NCBI GenBank assembly: GCA_903908595.1
Contig: CAIVSN010000116.1
Coordinates: forward strand, 454-64,453
Reading direction: 5' to 3'
Length of the DNA: 64,000 nucleotides
From: an uncultured bacterium
Lineage (GTDB): Bacteria; Patescibacteriota; Gracilibacteria; BD1-5; UBA2023
Shown one piece after another: positions 62,352 to 64,000 of this stretch; position 1 is the stretch's first letter; each line of letters opens with the position of its first letter. The notes under the pieces were generated by a model. The model was not told the origin of the DNA. It saw nothing but the letters and a program-made list of their open reading frames with translations, and searched no databases. The translations under genes and the position numbers were made by a program.

Positions 62352-62471
62352 AAAATCCTGCAAAACGATGAAATCCGAAGCCTATTTCGAGCACCGTAGC
62401 GAGGCGTACTGGCAAGTACGCCGAACGAGGAGCGCAGAAATTGGCAAGGAGTTCGCGTTTTACAGAAATTT
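62352..62471. repeat. Family-A palindromic element, copy 5
   Basis: Termini aaaatcctgcaaaacg / cgttttacagaaattt. The central hairpin is cgtacT-GGCA-Agtacg. It lies just upstream of proS. Confidence 0.85.
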
Positions 62472-62498
62472 CCACAGCGTAATTTAAACCCCTATCCC

Positions 62499-63971
62499 AT
62501 GGCTATCACATCCCGCGCGACCGACTATTCCCAATGGTACCTCGACGTCGCCAAATCCGGCGACCTGTTCGAATATTCCCCGACCCCCGGCTGCATCACC
62601 TTCCTCCCCAAATCCGTGACCATGTGGACCCGCATCCAGAAGGCCATGCAGGAGAAGCTCGACCGGCTCGGCGTCCAGAACGTCTATCTCCCGATGCTCG
62701 TCCCGATGAGCTTTTTCGAGCGGGAAAAGGACCACGTGGAAGGATTCGCGCCGGAACTCGCCGTCGTCACCATCGGCGGAGGCAAAACGCTTGAGGAGCC
62801 CCTCGCCATCCGGCCGACTTCCGAGCTCCTGTTCTGCGATTTTTTCAAGGACAAGCTCCAGTCCTATCGCGACCTCCCGATGCTCTATAACCAGTGGGTA
62901 TCCGTGCTCCGATGGGAAAAACGCACCCGACCGTTCCTCCGCACCGCGGAATTCTACTGGCAGGAAGGCCACACCCTCCACGAAAACCGGCCCCAGGCGG
63001 ACGCCTTCGCGCTCGACATCCTCTGGAAGGTCTACATCGAGACGATCGAGGACGTCATGGCCATCGGCGGAATCGCCGGCCGCAAGTCTTCGAGCGAAAA
63101 ATTCGCCGGAGCCGACACCACCTATACGTTCGAGCCGATGATGAGCAACGGCTGGGCGCTCCAAATCTGCACGTCCCACCTCCTCGGACAGGGATTCATG
63201 GAAGGGTTCGGCGTGAACTACCAGGACCGGGACGGGGCACTGACCCATCCGTGGTACACTTCCTGGGGACTCTCGACCCGGTCCATCGGGGGGATCATTT
63301 CGAGCCATTCCGACGATCGCGGGCTTATAATTCCTCCGAAAATGAGCGAATTCCAAGCGGTCATCCTCCCGCTTTTCACCAAGGAAAACACCGAAGCCAT
63401 CGGGGAATACGCCCGGCAAATCGCCCGGCTCATCGTCGGGGAAACCGCGAGCGAAGTCCCGGTCCACGGAGAATATTTCCGGGCGCTCGTCGGAGCCGGC
63501 GGCAAGGTCGAGCTCGACCTCCGGGACGCGAGGCTGGGAGAGAAAATCACCGACTGGGAAATCTCCGGATACCCCATCCGCATCGAGTGCGGCGAACGCG
63601 ACCGACAAGCCGGGAAATGTGTGATCGCATCGCGGATCACCGGGGAAAAATCGATCGTCACGCTCGACGAAGTCGTGGCGACCGTGTCGAGAATGAACGA
63701 GGAAGGCCAGGCCAAACTCCTCGCGGACAGCCGTCGGAGACTGGAAGAAAACACCGTGGCCTGCTTCGGCATGGAAGACATCGGCAACGCCATCGAAGCC
63801 GGGAAGTTCGCCATCTGCGAATGGGACCAGGACCCCGAATTCGAGAAGGAAATCAAGGAAAAATTCAAGGCGACGACGCGGTGCATCCCGTTCGAGGGAC
63901 AATTCACGGATGAATTGCTGCCTTTGACCAAGGAAGGAACGGTTCGGGTCGTGGTGGCGCGGAGTTTTTAG
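62499..63971 (+). CDS. proS: Proline--tRNA ligase (archaeal/eukaryote-like type)
   Basis: Intact 490-aa track ORF. Similarity includes YLDVAKSGDLFEYSPTPGCITFLPKSV, FAPELAVVT and RPTSE...FLRTAEFYWQEGHT. No in-frame TGA. Ends in TAG. Confidence 0.9.
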   Translation: MAITSRATDYSQWYLDVAKSGDLFEYSPTPGCITFLPKSVTMWTRIQKAMQEKLDRLGVQNVYLPMLVPMSFFEREKDHVEGFAPELAVVTIGGGKTLEEPLAIRPTSELLFCDFFKDKLQSYRDLPMLYNQWVSVLRWEKRTRPFLRTAEFYWQEGHTLHENRPQADAFALDILWKVYIETIEDVMAIGGIAGRKSSSEKFAGADTTYTFEPMMSNGWALQICTSHLLGQGFMEGFGVNYQDRDGALTHPWYTSWGLSTRSIGGIISSHSDDRGLIIPPKMSEFQAVILPLFTKENTEAIGEYARQIARLIVGETASEVPVHGEYFRALVGAGGKVELDLRDARLGEKITDWEISGYPIRIECGERDRQAGKCVIASRITGEKSIVTLDEVVATVSRMNEEGQAKLLADSRRRLEENTVACFGMEDIGNAIEAGKFAICEWDQDPEFEKEIKEKFKATTRCIPFEGQFTDELLPLTKEGTVRVVVARSF

Positions 63972-64000
63972 GGCATCCTGGGCGTTTTCGGAACGAATCG

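Noticed and set aside
1-64000. Code 4 (UGA=Trp) as the explanation for the in-frame TGAs.
   Set aside because: The TGAs sit on invariant Gly positions (GNIGLM, GGGxRG, ATSG, DILGG) and in Gly-rich linkers, not on Trp positions.

Overview
This is a 64-kb GC-rich window from a genome that decodes UGA as glycine (genetic code 25). By inference it comes from a Gracilibacteria/Absconditabacteria-type CPR bacterium. In-frame TGA codons fall on universally conserved Gly positions (sigma-70 GNI-G-LM, patatin GG-G-xRG, ApbE ATS-G, PAP2 DIL-G-G). When TGA is read through, the fragmented six-frame track collapses into about 48 CDS, which end in TAA or TAG apart from two exceptions noted below, plus 3 tRNAs (Arg-CCG, Lys-UUU, Leu-CAG).

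Recognisable core genes are pnp, efp, proS, an rpoD-like sigma factor, a tsaB-like gene, apbE and an RNA methylase.

The centre of the window is one ~13.5-kb ORF (21125-34630, ~4,500 aa, 12 in-frame TGA). It encodes a giant secreted FG-GAP/Ig-like surface protein that carries a triplicated FFDELxTVVDxSL motif.

Other accessory content:
- a 528-aa type IV pilin-like protein
- an ECF sigma / putative anti-sigma pair
- a ferric-reductase TM + rubredoxin + FNR fusion near apbE
- two tandem ATP-grasp genes
- RhuM and DUF2958 genes
- a PAS-GGDEF cyclase
- a Memo-like/CapA fusion
- a possible pre-toxin-TG protein
- patatin and PAP2 genes

Non-coding content is unusually structured:
- two families of long imperfect palindromes that covary within each copy
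- a ~165-nt rod-like element
- direct copies of the tRNA-Arg 3' end (att-like)
- an AT-rich island abutting tRNA-Lys

Two small ORFs look as if they are written in the standard code: each has an AGGAG Shine-Dalgarno motif, a TGA stop and an intrinsic terminator.

I recognised no rRNA, CRISPR array, integrase or transposase. All calls are by eye, with no searches run.
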